A stretch of DNA of 50,125 nt from a virus (Duplodnaviria > Caudoviricetes), in IMG/VR virus record IMGVR_UViG_3300025120_000087, positions 1 to 50,125 of that record; one strand, given 5' to 3'. The notes beneath the pieces are model-generated. The model was not told the DNA's origin, made no database searches, and worked only from the letters and a program-made list of their open reading frames with translations. This document shows, in pieces, positions 19,232-29,730 of this stretch. Numbering within the stretch: the stretch's first letter is position 1; the number at the start of each line of letters is the position of its first letter. The position numbers and the translations under genes were made by a program.

Positions 19232-22200
19232 ATGGCTGAAATTAAAAACACGTTTCTAAAAGGTAAAATGAATAAAGACCTTGACGAAAGATTAGTGCCT
19301 CAAGGTGAATACAGAGACGCTATGAACGTTGAGGTTTCTACTTCTGAAGGATCTAATGTTGGAACAGTTCAAAACATATTAGGAAATATACAGCTGCAGC
19401 AACCCGGACTTATAAATGAAGGCGCTTCATGTATAGGCTCTGTGTCAGACGAAAAAAACAACAGGCTATATTGGTTTGTTACTAGCGAAAACGTAGACGT
19501 AATATTAGAGTGGGACGATCTTGAACAAAAATCTTCTTTAGTGTTTGTTGATCCAAACAAAAAAAATTCAAACGCAACGCTTAAATTTCCTAACACGCAT
19601 ATAACTGGGATTAATATTTTAGATGATTTTTTACTTTGGACAGACGGTTTTAACGAACCAAAAAAAATAAATATAAAAGATAGCAAACTAGGTACAAGTC
19701 AAACTCAAACACCAACCCTTAAACACACAGAATTGATTGTTGACGGTGTTACAGTAAAGTCAGGCTATGTTAACGAAGATGGTGTAGAAGAAAATCAAAT
19801 TGTCACTGAACAATATATTACGGTAATAAAGAAAAGGCCTCAACTTCCACCTACTGTAAAAATAAACACTAACAAAGATAAGTCAGAAAAAGGTATATTT
19901 GAAAAAGTTCTACCTAGATTTTGTTACCGATACAAATACAAAGATGGCGAGTATTCTGCTTACGGCCCTTTTACTAACGTAGTATTTAGTGCAGAGCATC
20001 AAGACACAATAAACTCTACTAACTTCTACTCAATTGAAGAGAATAGAAACGCGTCGATGGCTAACTCTATAGAGTCTGTGGAGTTGTTAGATTTTGTTCC
20101 ATCAGACATACCAAAAGATGTTATTCAAGTTGATTTATTATACAAAAGTGAAAACTCAAACGTAGTTTATTCTGTAGCAAATATAAAGCGTAAGGATGAA
20201 GAGTTTGATTTACCAGGCTCGGCTCAAAATGTAGAAGAAATATATTTTGGAAACTTTTTAAGTGAAACTAATAAAGGTAGGTACTTGATAACTACCGAAA
20301 ATATATATGCTGCTTTACCAGAAAATCAATTACTTAGATCTTGGGACAATGTGCCTAAATCTGCTAAAGCTCAAGAGGTGTCTGGTAGTAGAGTTATATA
20401 CGCAAACTACAAGCAAGGGTACGACTTAAAGCAAAGTGTTATATTAAACTCTAGCTATGAAAAAAGAAACACTAGGCAAAATGATTTACAGTTAGGTGGA
20501 GTTGAAACAGTAAAGTCATTAAGAGATTACCAGCTAGGAGTGGTATGGGGAGATGAGCAGGGAAGAGAAACGCCTGTTTTTTCCTCAAGTAATAGCTCCG
20601 TTAAAATACCTTGGTTAAATGAAAGATATTCAACCCCTAACTATTATCTACCGCTATGTATTACTGGCGCTATAGAAACTCAAGCTCCAGACTGGGCTTC
20701 GTACTTTAAGTTTTATATAAAAGAAACTTCAGGTGAATACTACAATTTGCTAATGGACAAGCTGTATATACCTAGTCAAAGCACTGATTTTGATAATAAA
20801 GAGGATCATGTTTGGCTATCATTTCCTTCTTCAGAAATAAATAAAATAACAGAGCAAGATTATCTAATACTAAAAAGAGTATCATCATCTACAATAAACC
20901 CTGTAGAAGAAAAAAGCAGGTACAAAGTTATTGATATATCTACAGAAGCCCCTGACTCTATAGCCTACAACTACTTTTCTATAGGCGAAGCTTCTAACAT
21001 AGAGAATAATGATATTTTAGCAAACATAGATGAAGATGCCGCAATATTTCTAAATGCAGATAGAAGAATAGATAAAGAGACGGATGTTATTGAGATAGAT
21101 AGATCTAATACTCTAGAGATAGGTATACCTTTACTTAGAGCTATAGGTAACGCAAATGGTAACAGCGGAGTTGACAATAGCTCTGATGTTGACGAATTGT
21201 ACGTGGCTTGGAAGCAAGTCTCTTCAGGCGTAACTACGCACTCTAAAAGATATAAAGTTATTTCTAACGAGTTTGTAGGGACTTCTTATAAAATGAAGCT
21301 TTCTGAAAAAATAACAGAAGACGATGCTCTTCTAGCTGCCAACGACGCTAGTTCTTTAAATCAAGATTTAGTTTTTAGTATATTTAGAAAACAGCTAAGA
21401 GACGGTGAAAACTTTTCAGGTAAGTTTTTTGTAAAGATAAAGTCCGATGATATTATTAAAAATAAAATATTAAACTTAAATAATAATATATCTTCAAATA
21501 AGTTTATATCTTCATCTAGAGAGACATTTTGGTTTTATGATACTAGAGCCGGCGGATCAGGAGAGACAGAATCTATATTAAACGCTCCGGCTTTAGGGTC
21601 TCTACCTGATGTTATATCAAACAACGCAACAGAAAATATAGTCAATGGAGTTTCTAATACTTCTACAGAGTGGGATAACATACTGATAAACAAAGATAAG
21701 GCCTTTTTTATCGACAATATGTTTATGACCGCGGCTAACGTTTGCTCTAACAGCTACGCTAAAGAGGCTGGTCAAGGTGTAATTGCTAACCCAATACAGT
21801 ACGGCGAAGTAGAATGGAAATCTAACTTCAACGCTGACGAAGATGAATACCCTTGGTCTTTAAACGCGGAAACTACGTGGTCGCAGTCTGACGCTCCTAT
21901 TGCAGACTGGGGCTCTACAGTTCAAAACTTTATACCTGGTATAATTACATCAAACGCTGATCACGTAGACGAAGGAAAGTACGTTTGGAAAAAGTCGATA
22001 TTTGATTCTCAAGAAAATACTAAAACATACGGAGAAGAAGCTGGTGGGTTTTTCATGCACGTATCGTTTTTAGCTCCCGGTAAGAACTTACACGACGGAT
22101 CTTTTGACGGTGCTGCTAACTTAGATAACGTAGAAGTATTTGGTGAAAACAGTCTAGCTGGCCTTTTAAAAGGAATATGGGGTGGTGGTGCTTTTACAGA

Positions 22201-25200
22201 TGAGTTTGGAGGCAGTTTAGGTCAAGATGCCGAAGGCAATGACGTTAAGCTTGTTGAGCTTGAAGGAAACTATCTAGAAGAAAATCCTCTTGGAGATGCG
22301 CCAGGGCCTGGTGTAGGTAAAGGGTACGACTTAGAATATAGAGAGCATCACGAAAGACAGTGGGACCCAACGTTTGCTCCATCAAAACTTGAAGTTGGTA
22401 TTGACACAGCTTCTCAGGTTGATAAAGATTTAGAAGATTTTGTAAAAAATCTAGCTATTGGCAAAAAGTTTAAATTTCAAAACGACACTACAGAGCAGCT
22501 ATATACTATATTAGATGTTTCTATAAAACACGTTTATAATCACACTCCTTGGAGATCTAAGCTTGTTTATACTAATACCGGTGAAATTGCTAGAGGCGGT
22601 GATAGTGTTGAAGAAGCTGCTGTTGCTTGGGCTAAAGCTAAACTAACAAGTACACTAGCTGGTGAAGATACAGCGTTAGTAAATAAAATAGTAGATTTTG
22701 GTAAAGCTAGTAATAGAAGAACCGTATATATATTAAGACTAGATAAAGATCCTGTTGACGCAAGTGAAAGCCCTGTGGCTGGTTCATCGACAGATATAAA
22801 CTTTAGTTTGTCACAAAAAATGCAGTTTGTAGATTCTGACGCTCAAGTTAATTCTGGTTTAATAAAAGACGTTGAAGCTGTTTTTGAAACAGAGCCAAAA
22901 GAAGCTTTAGATCTAAACATATTCTACGAGGCTAGTCAGGCTATACCTACTTACTTAAATTTAGAAAATGCTAATCAATTTGCGCCTATAGGATGTAGAG
23001 TTGAATTTGTAGATTTGCCAGACGCTAGAGTTGGAGAAAACAATATATCTGAAACAATACACATTGCTGAGTGGAAACACACTGATAGCGGTGAATTAGC
23101 ATTTGTTTGCCAGCAAGAAAACGGAGTTGGATCAAACGCTAGAGGTTTTAATAAAAAAAGAGCTGATGGCGTAGAAATAGACTATGTAGATGCTAGAGTT
23201 AGATTTTATAGACCTGATGGTAGCTTTACAACATGTAGACTAGGGCCAATGCAAGCTGCCGGACAAGGCGCAAGTGGTCTTAGAAGATTATTTATAGTTA
23301 ATAGAATTGTAGACGTAACTCAAGAAACAGGTCTAGGCTGGTTTAACTGTTTTACTTTTGGAGATGGTGTAGAGTCTAATAGAATTGAAGATGACTTTAA
23401 CGCTAGTTTTATTAAAAATGGCGCTAGAGCTTCTACTACTTTAGACGAGCCTTACTCAGAAGAGCACCGCAAGTACGGTTTAATATATTCTGGTTTATAC
23501 AACGCTAGTTCTGGTTTAAATAACTTAAATCAATTTATACAAGCTGAAAAAATAACAAAAGACTTAAACCCTACGTATGGTAGTATACAGAAGCTTTTTT
23601 CAAGAAGAGCTGACTTAATAGCTTTCTGTGAAGATAGAGTGATAAAAATACTAGCTAACAAAGACGCAGTATTTAACGCTGACGGTAATCCTCAGCTTGT
23701 AGCTACAACTAACGTTCTTGGACAGGCTACGCCTTTTGTTGGAGACTACGGTATATCTACTAATCCAGAGTCTTTTTCTGCAGAATCATACAGGGCTTAT
23801 TTTACAGACAAACAAAGAGGCGCTGTGCTTAGATTATCTATGGACGGGCTAACCCCAATATCAGACGCTGGTATGCACGATTTTTTTAGAGACGAGCTTC
23901 CAAAAGCAGGTGTAGTACTAGGTACATACGATGAATACAAAAGACAATATAATGTAACGTTTAAAGATTTTGTCTATAACAATATAATTAAAAACTCTTA
24001 TCTTGCCGAGGGCGAGGAGCTTAATATAACCGACGATGTTACAGAAATAATAAAAAATCCTCTGCTAGATTCTGGTATTAACTATGTCGCTTCAGATATT
24101 AACACGATATATCAAGACGCTGTAGATTCAGGTACAGAACTACTATCAAACACAGGTATTGACGCTGGTGTTATTATAACTTATTTTCCAGGAATAGCAG
24201 CTGGAGACATCACGGCTTATCAAGCTCAAACAGTTGATCAACCAGCTGTATACGAAGATACCACTACCCCGGACTACGGGCCTATAGTTACTACTATAAA
24301 CGCGGGTGGTTTGCAGCAATATCAGACTAATCAAGGTGCACTAGTGACAACTCAAGATTTTGTTGCAGGTGTTTTTCCTGTATATGATGGTTTTAGAAAC
24401 TTGTTTAGAAGAGAACAGTTTTCCGCTAACTTAGATACGGACGGAATCACAAGTTCAAGCGCAACTGCCACCATACACGCGCCTTTTTATGTAAACCTTA
24501 CAGGTGCAGAACCTTTAGGCACTTCAAGTGGTGCTAACGATGGTCAGTCACGAGGAGTACCTAGTCCAGGAGGATTTGGGCTAAGCAATGGTGATTCGAT
24601 ACAAATTCCCGGCGCGCCTGTTGACGAATTCTTTTCTAATCAAGTTCAAAGTGCTACTGCTGCACAATATCCAGACGCTACAGACTGGACTATATTTAAC
24701 GGTGAAGAGCTAGTTGTCAAAATAAACTATAGAGTAGAGTTTTATAAAGCCAGCCAAAACCAGTGGGCAAACTCTACGTGTAGTCAAGCTAACGCTGCTC
24801 CTAATATGGATATTACGTTAAGGCTTATCGATGGCACTACAGGGAATGCAGACGGCTTTAGATCTGTACCGGGCAGTAATATAGGTATAAACAACTATGA
24901 AGGCGCTAGCGATACAGCAACTAGCACTAATAACCCGTGGACTTCTTTTGGCGGATCAGACACAAACTCAGATAACTTTGATACAGCCAACGCTGGGTAT
25001 GACAACGGTGGTTATTCAGAGTATTCTTGGGCTAACTCAAATAAACGTTATCTTTATTCGCCAGGTGGAGCTCTTAGTAGTTACGATTGCTCTTTTACAT
25101 GGACAGTTCCTGGCGTTCTTGTTGATGGAGATGTATTAAGCACAGCTGCTTATGTCGACGCAAACTCTACTCAAGAGGGTTATGAAAGTGAAAATGACAC

Positions 25201-28084
25201 ACAAACCCTAGCGTCTGGCGCAACACAAAATAACTTATACGGACAAAGGTACACAACCTCTGGAGGTTACAGATGGTATACTGAACATAGATCGATGCTT
25301 GTGAAGTTTAGAATATTTAAAGACGACGGCTCATCTTTAGCTAACAACGATATAGCTATACAAAAATTAGAGGCTCATATTGAAGCCACATCGAGCAATA
25401 CTACAAGTCATAAGGTTTGGGTTGAAGGTTTTTACGTGTTTAAGGTTAACGAATTAGATTCGCCAGGCGTTGAGTCTATATCTGAAGTTCAACAAGCTGC
25501 AGCTGCAGAGTACGATGTTATCACGAGCGCTGAGCTATATGGTGACGTTCAAGGAGACTTGCAGGTAGAAGAGTCAGTAAATGGTCAATCATACGGGACT
25601 TTAAGTCAAGCTACAGATCTGTTTGGCAATGTAGGTTTTGCTGAGGTGCTTGGAGATATTGTAACTGAAGTAGACGGAACACTTGTTTCAGCAGCAACCT
25701 TCTTTCCCGAAGTGCTAGCTTTTCCAGAAACAGATCTTGATCCTTTCGTTGTAGTAGAACATGTTAATCCTAGCGATTGGGCAGGGAGCCATTCTGACGG
25801 TAGGGTGAACCTAACGGCTGGTATAGAAGAAGTTTATGGTCCAGATAATTCTAGTCAAGTTCAATTAAAAAATCATACAGACGAGTTAGGAAACAGCTAT
25901 AGCTATTTTGCTCTTGAAGATAGTAGCGGTAACGCTATAACTGACAATGGCGTTACTTTTTATAGCGCGGCAAACAACGGTACAACAATAACTACATACA
26001 GCGGTGGCTCTGTAGACGACGGCTACTACCTAAGCATACCTACTCAAGAAACATTAAGCTTAGATAACTATGTTAGTGTTGTAGGATATGAAGGTGGTGA
26101 CATTACTTCAAATGCTTCCAGCGCCAAAATAACGCAAGACGTAAACTTAATTGACGGTAATTGGTACGCCGTTGACGTAGAGTTAGAGCCTGGTTATGTA
26201 ATAAGTGGTGCATCAAACAACATAACTATTAACGGTGGGAGACTGCTGCTGCACGGTGCTATTACGTCTGCGCTAAGTACTGCCGCTTACACTTTTGATC
26301 ATTTAAACCCTGGAACTAACTACCCAGCCGGTATGTTTGGTCAAATACACAATTCTTCTTGTGTTAGATTTATGCCTATAACAGTTAACTACGGCGGCGA
26401 ACAAAGAGAAGTTTTTAGAGTTGTATTCCAAGCTAATAATGGTACTTCAAATGGATTGAGCACGCTAGAAATTGGAGGTTGGAGTAATGAAACTGCTATA
26501 AATATAAATAGAGTAGACTTAATAGATGTAACTTTAGCCGATAGCAGCGGTAATAACGGTACTTTTTCTTTAAACTGGAACACAAGCACTACAAATAGCT
26601 TGGTTACAGCGCTAGACGTTCCTGTATCTTACTATCAAAACGGAGGTTGGGTTTGGGATCTTTACGAAGACGAAAACGCTCAACTAAACACTATTACTCA
26701 AGACTTAGAGGGTAACTTAACCGAAGCTACTGTAGATGGCTATACTTTATCTTTTGAAATAACAAACGCTCCAGACTACGACGCGACGGCTACAGGGCAA
26801 ATAAACGGAGTTGAAGGTGAGCTTCAAATACATGTTGTTACAGAAGCTTGGGAAGATGGTCAGCACAGAGTAATATCTGTTACCGGAATAAATACTTACG
26901 GAACTAGCTACTCTATACCTTTTAACCTTGATGGAAGCGCAGTTAGCACTGAATCAATATCTCAACCCGCAGGATCTAATATACAAGTTAATATAAATCC
27001 TGTAGCTCCTGAGGCGCTAGAATACGCAGAAAATCAAATAACAATATTACCTGGAGTTGAAGGCTTTTACGGTAGACTAACTCAAATATCTATACAAGAT
27101 GATTCTGAAATAGTAAGTGGAGGTAATACAGACTCTTGGATATTCACTAGTTATGATAGTGTTTCTTTAGAGTCTAATCCAATACAAGCTTCTTCTGAGT
27201 ATAAATTTGAAAACGAACAAATTGTTTTTACCGGTGCTCCAGAAAATATACAGGTTAGTCAATCTATAAGTCAAGATATTAACGAAGGTGAAACTTACAG
27301 AATATCTGTTGATGTAGATTATGTTGAAGGCCAGTTTGATATTTACTACTTTAGCAAGCCAGGCGTTGGCTTTGTTATTAATAGCGGTACAAACCCAGCT
27401 TCAGGCGTTGTTACAAAGACGGTGGAGCAATCAGACTATTACCAAAGCGGCATGATAACTGGAGCTTTAGTGTTTGTAACTACTGATAGCTTAAATACTT
27501 TTAGTTTAGACAACATAACAATGACTAGGGTAGCAGCAAACGAGGTTAATAAAAAAACAATATCATACAGCGAAGATGTTAACGGTTGGGTAAGTTTTAA
27601 ATCTTATTATCCTGAAAGCGGCGTTAATGTGTCTAAAAAATATTTTACTTTTAACGAAGGTAAGATACATCAACATTACCATCAAGATGCTATTGCCAAC
27701 ACTTTTTATAATCAACCTTCTGTAGAATCACAAATTACTACTGTTCTAAATGCAGAGCCTGGTGTTGTAAAAACGTTTAAAACTCTTGTGTACGAGGGTA
27801 GTCAAGCTAAAATTAACAAGCACGACTCCATGGGCCATGATGTTGAGCTGTACAATTTAATTGCTAAAGACGGGTGGAGAGTAGAGTCTATAAAAACTAA
27901 TCTAGATCAAGGATCAGTTAAAGAGTTTGTAGAAAAAGAAAACAAATGGTTTAATTACATTAAAGGTATTGAATACAGTTCAGATACTGTGGCAGAAAAT
28001 TTAGCTAATCTTAATTTCCAAGGCGTAGGTATCTTATTACAAAACCCAGTTTTAATGCTTGAAGAAGAAGAAGATCTATCATAA
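19232..28084 (+). CDS. Giant tail stabilization/muzzle-like protein (2950 aa)
   Basis: N-terminal KMNKDLDERLVPQGEYRDAMN, LLWTDGFNEPKKINI, YGISTNPESF, GWVSFKSY and EKENKWF blocks resemble crAss-like/P22 gp10-type tail proteins. Confidence 0.7.
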   Translation: MAEIKNTFLKGKMNKDLDERLVPQGEYRDAMNVEVSTSEGSNVGTVQNILGNIQLQQPGLINEGASCIGSVSDEKNNRLYWFVTSENVDVILEWDDLEQKSSLVFVDPNKKNSNATLKFPNTHITGINILDDFLLWTDGFNEPKKINIKDSKLGTSQTQTPTLKHTELIVDGVTVKSGYVNEDGVEENQIVTEQYITVIKKRPQLPPTVKINTNKDKSEKGIFEKVLPRFCYRYKYKDGEYSAYGPFTNVVFSAEHQDTINSTNFYSIEENRNASMANSIESVELLDFVPSDIPKDVIQVDLLYKSENSNVVYSVANIKRKDEEFDLPGSAQNVEEIYFGNFLSETNKGRYLITTENIYAALPENQLLRSWDNVPKSAKAQEVSGSRVIYANYKQGYDLKQSVILNSSYEKRNTRQNDLQLGGVETVKSLRDYQLGVVWGDEQGRETPVFSSSNSSVKIPWLNERYSTPNYYLPLCITGAIETQAPDWASYFKFYIKETSGEYYNLLMDKLYIPSQSTDFDNKEDHVWLSFPSSEINKITEQDYLILKRVSSSTINPVEEKSRYKVIDISTEAPDSIAYNYFSIGEASNIENNDILANIDEDAAIFLNADRRIDKETDVIEIDRSNTLEIGIPLLRAIGNANGNSGVDNSSDVDELYVAWKQVSSGVTTHSKRYKVISNEFVGTSYKMKLSEKITEDDALLAANDASSLNQDLVFSIFRKQLRDGENFSGKFFVKIKSDDIIKNKILNLNNNISSNKFISSSRETFWFYDTRAGGSGETESILNAPALGSLPDVISNNATENIVNGVSNTSTEWDNILINKDKAFFIDNMFMTAANVCSNSYAKEAGQGVIANPIQYGEVEWKSNFNADEDEYPWSLNAETTWSQSDAPIADWGSTVQNFIPGIITSNADHVDEGKYVWKKSIFDSQENTKTYGEEAGGFFMHVSFLAPGKNLHDGSFDGAANLDNVEVFGENSLAGLLKGIWGGGAFTDEFGGSLGQDAEGNDVKLVELEGNYLEENPLGDAPGPGVGKGYDLEYREHHERQWDPTFAPSKLEVGIDTASQVDKDLEDFVKNLAIGKKFKFQNDTTEQLYTILDVSIKHVYNHTPWRSKLVYTNTGEIARGGDSVEEAAVAWAKAKLTSTLAGEDTALVNKIVDFGKASNRRTVYILRLDKDPVDASESPVAGSSTDINFSLSQKMQFVDSDAQVNSGLIKDVEAVFETEPKEALDLNIFYEASQAIPTYLNLENANQFAPIGCRVEFVDLPDARVGENNISETIHIAEWKHTDSGELAFVCQQENGVGSNARGFNKKRADGVEIDYVDARVRFYRPDGSFTTCRLGPMQAAGQGASGLRRLFIVNRIVDVTQETGLGWFNCFTFGDGVESNRIEDDFNASFIKNGARASTTLDEPYSEEHRKYGLIYSGLYNASSGLNNLNQFIQAEKITKDLNPTYGSIQKLFSRRADLIAFCEDRVIKILANKDAVFNADGNPQLVATTNVLGQATPFVGDYGISTNPESFSAESYRAYFTDKQRGAVLRLSMDGLTPISDAGMHDFFRDELPKAGVVLGTYDEYKRQYNVTFKDFVYNNIIKNSYLAEGEELNITDDVTEIIKNPLLDSGINYVASDINTIYQDAVDSGTELLSNTGIDAGVIITYFPGIAAGDITAYQAQTVDQPAVYEDTTTPDYGPIVTTINAGGLQQYQTNQGALVTTQDFVAGVFPVYDGFRNLFRREQFSANLDTDGITSSSATATIHAPFYVNLTGAEPLGTSSGANDGQSRGVPSPGGFGLSNGDSIQIPGAPVDEFFSNQVQSATAAQYPDATDWTIFNGEELVVKINYRVEFYKASQNQWANSTCSQANAAPNMDITLRLIDGTTGNADGFRSVPGSNIGINNYEGASDTATSTNNPWTSFGGSDTNSDNFDTANAGYDNGGYSEYSWANSNKRYLYSPGGALSSYDCSFTWTVPGVLVDGDVLSTAAYVDANSTQEGYESENDTQTLASGATQNNLYGQRYTTSGGYRWYTEHRSMLVKFRIFKDDGSSLANNDIAIQKLEAHIEATSSNTTSHKVWVEGFYVFKVNELDSPGVESISEVQQAAAAEYDVITSAELYGDVQGDLQVEESVNGQSYGTLSQATDLFGNVGFAEVLGDIVTEVDGTLVSAATFFPEVLAFPETDLDPFVVVEHVNPSDWAGSHSDGRVNLTAGIEEVYGPDNSSQVQLKNHTDELGNSYSYFALEDSSGNAITDNGVTFYSAANNGTTITTYSGGSVDDGYYLSIPTQETLSLDNYVSVVGYEGGDITSNASSAKITQDVNLIDGNWYAVDVELEPGYVISGASNNITINGGRLLLHGAITSALSTAAYTFDHLNPGTNYPAGMFGQIHNSSCVRFMPITVNYGGEQREVFRVVFQANNGTSNGLSTLEIGGWSNETAININRVDLIDVTLADSSGNNGTFSLNWNTSTTNSLVTALDVPVSYYQNGGWVWDLYEDENAQLNTITQDLEGNLTEATVDGYTLSFEITNAPDYDATATGQINGVEGELQIHVVTEAWEDGQHRVISVTGINTYGTSYSIPFNLDGSAVSTESISQPAGSNIQVNINPVAPEALEYAENQITILPGVEGFYGRLTQISIQDDSEIVSGGNTDSWIFTSYDSVSLESNPIQASSEYKFENEQIVFTGAPENIQVSQSISQDINEGETYRISVDVDYVEGQFDIYYFSKPGVGFVINSGTNPASGVVTKTVEQSDYYQSGMITGALVFVTTDSLNTFSLDNITMTRVAANEVNKKTISYSEDVNGWVSFKSYYPESGVNVSKKYFTFNEGKIHQHYHQDAIANTFYNQPSVESQITTVLNAEPGVVKTFKTLVYEGSQAKINKHDSMGHDVELYNLIAKDGWRVESIKTNLDQGSVKEFVEKENKWFNYIKGIEYSSDTVAENLANLNFQGVGILLQNPVLMLEEEEDLS

Positions 28085-28085
28085 T

Positions 28086-29318
28086 ATGAAGTTAATAAAT
28101 AACATATCTATAAACCTAGTAGAACTTCCTGAAGCGGGTGGTTTAAAAAGATTTAAAATATTAGGAGACGACGGGGCTAAATTTATTATTATTGTTAGTA
28201 ATTCTTCTGGGGATTATTATAACTTTAACACCCAAACGTTTTCAGCTGGACACAGTCCTCAAAAGATGTTAAAAGGAACTATATCTGGATCTTTTTTTGA
28301 AGGCGTAATAGTTTTTCCAGGTGTAGCTGGGGCTAATTACGATATTTTGCTGCAAGCAGATCCTACTGATAATACAGAAATGCGTAGAGGTAAGCCTATA
28401 AATAAAAGACTAAAGCAACTGGGTAATACTACTTTAACGCTGGCTGTAGCCACTACAAATTATAGCACTTTTTACAACACGTTTCCTAGCAATATAGCAA
28501 TAACAAATAGCCCTACAGCGCCTCCATCTACAAATTCTATTAATTGGACAATAACTAATGTCACTTCAAACGTAAGTGATGGTTTCGGCAGCGGGCTTAT
28601 GTTTAACGCTAAAACAGTGATACCTATAATTCAAGATTCAGCTTGGTATTTCAATACGACTGACACTGTTAACGGGGCAATATCAGGAAGTAATGAATTA
28701 GTTGTAGACTCAGTAGATAATCTTTTTGCAGGTATGTCAATAGTATCGGGAGTTACTGGATTTAGCGGCGCGATTAAGCCAGTGATAGCAAAAATAGATC
28801 CGACTACAAAAACTTTATTTTTAAATAAAACATGTAATGCTAGTGATGGTGCTACACTAACTTTTAACGGGTATGGGCTAGCTAATATAAATGCTGCTTT
28901 AGGTTGTAGTATATCTGTAAGTTTAAAAATAACTAATATAGCCGAAGTAACAACAACTGTTAGAGGTGTTGTAAGCGGAACTACAGTAAACGTTAACGGC
29001 ACATACGGTATAAGTGGTCTTGACAACTATGACCCAGGCACTGGAGATACACACCCAGCTGCGTTCAGTGGTGTTAATGCTCAGCCTGCTGTTGTAACAA
29101 GTGTAACAGCTAACGCTACGCAAGGATCTTTTGTATCTAGCGTTAATCAAAGTTTTAAAGGCGGAGAAAAATTAACTTTTTCGCATATTAATAAAGACTT
29201 CGCGTACACAACTCAATTTACTGTAGAAGGAACTTTAAACATAAGTTCACACCCAAGTTCAAATCAAACTATATTTTTTGATTTAGATAAATTTGTAACA
29301 ACAGGACAAGACGATTAA
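28086..29318 (+). CDS. Putative tail-associated beta-rich protein
   Basis: ORF track gives 28059; the in-frame ATG at 28086 follows the upstream stop. T/S/N/G-rich. Confidence 0.65.
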   Translation: MKLINNISINLVELPEAGGLKRFKILGDDGAKFIIIVSNSSGDYYNFNTQTFSAGHSPQKMLKGTISGSFFEGVIVFPGVAGANYDILLQADPTDNTEMRRGKPINKRLKQLGNTTLTLAVATTNYSTFYNTFPSNIAITNSPTAPPSTNSINWTITNVTSNVSDGFGSGLMFNAKTVIPIIQDSAWYFNTTDTVNGAISGSNELVVDSVDNLFAGMSIVSGVTGFSGAIKPVIAKIDPTTKTLFLNKTCNASDGATLTFNGYGLANINAALGCSISVSLKITNIAEVTTTVRGVVSGTTVNVNGTYGISGLDNYDPGTGDTHPAAFSGVNAQPAVVTSVTANATQGSFVSSVNQSFKGGEKLTFSHINKDFAYTTQFTVEGTLNISSHPSSNQTIFFDLDKFVTTGQDD

Positions 29319-29320
29319 TT

Positions 29321-29689
29321 ATGGCAACGTATCACAAATTAATATTCAACTCAGGTATTGATAATCCATCTCTACAATCATACGATGTAGCTTATAAAGT
29401 ATCTGCTCAAACAACTCCATTTTCAGAGGTGAACGGTATAATGTACGCTGGCGCAAACGAATTACCAGTTAAGCTTGGAACAATAACAAAGTTAGGTAGT
29501 AATTTTATAATAATAAAAGATATGGTAGCTGAACCTCAGGCAAACGACTTAATAATGTTTGCTAAAAACAATTCTGTCAACAAGTCTGGAATTAAAGGAT
29601 ATTACGCGGAAGTTAAGTTAAAAAACAATTCTACAGAATTAGTAGAGCTATTTTCAATAGCGTCTGAAGTTTCTCCAAGCAGTAAATAG
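29321..29689 (+). CDS. Hypothetical tail-associated protein
   Basis: ORF track; GIKGYYAEVKLKN...ELFSIASE C-terminus. Confidence 0.65.
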   Translation: MATYHKLIFNSGIDNPSLQSYDVAYKVSAQTTPFSEVNGIMYAGANELPVKLGTITKLGSNFIIIKDMVAEPQANDLIMFAKNNSVNKSGIKGYYAEVKLKNNSTELVELFSIASEVSPSSK

Positions 29690-29730
29690 CGCACTTAAAA
29701 TGTAACTATAAAAAGATAAAATGTAATGAT

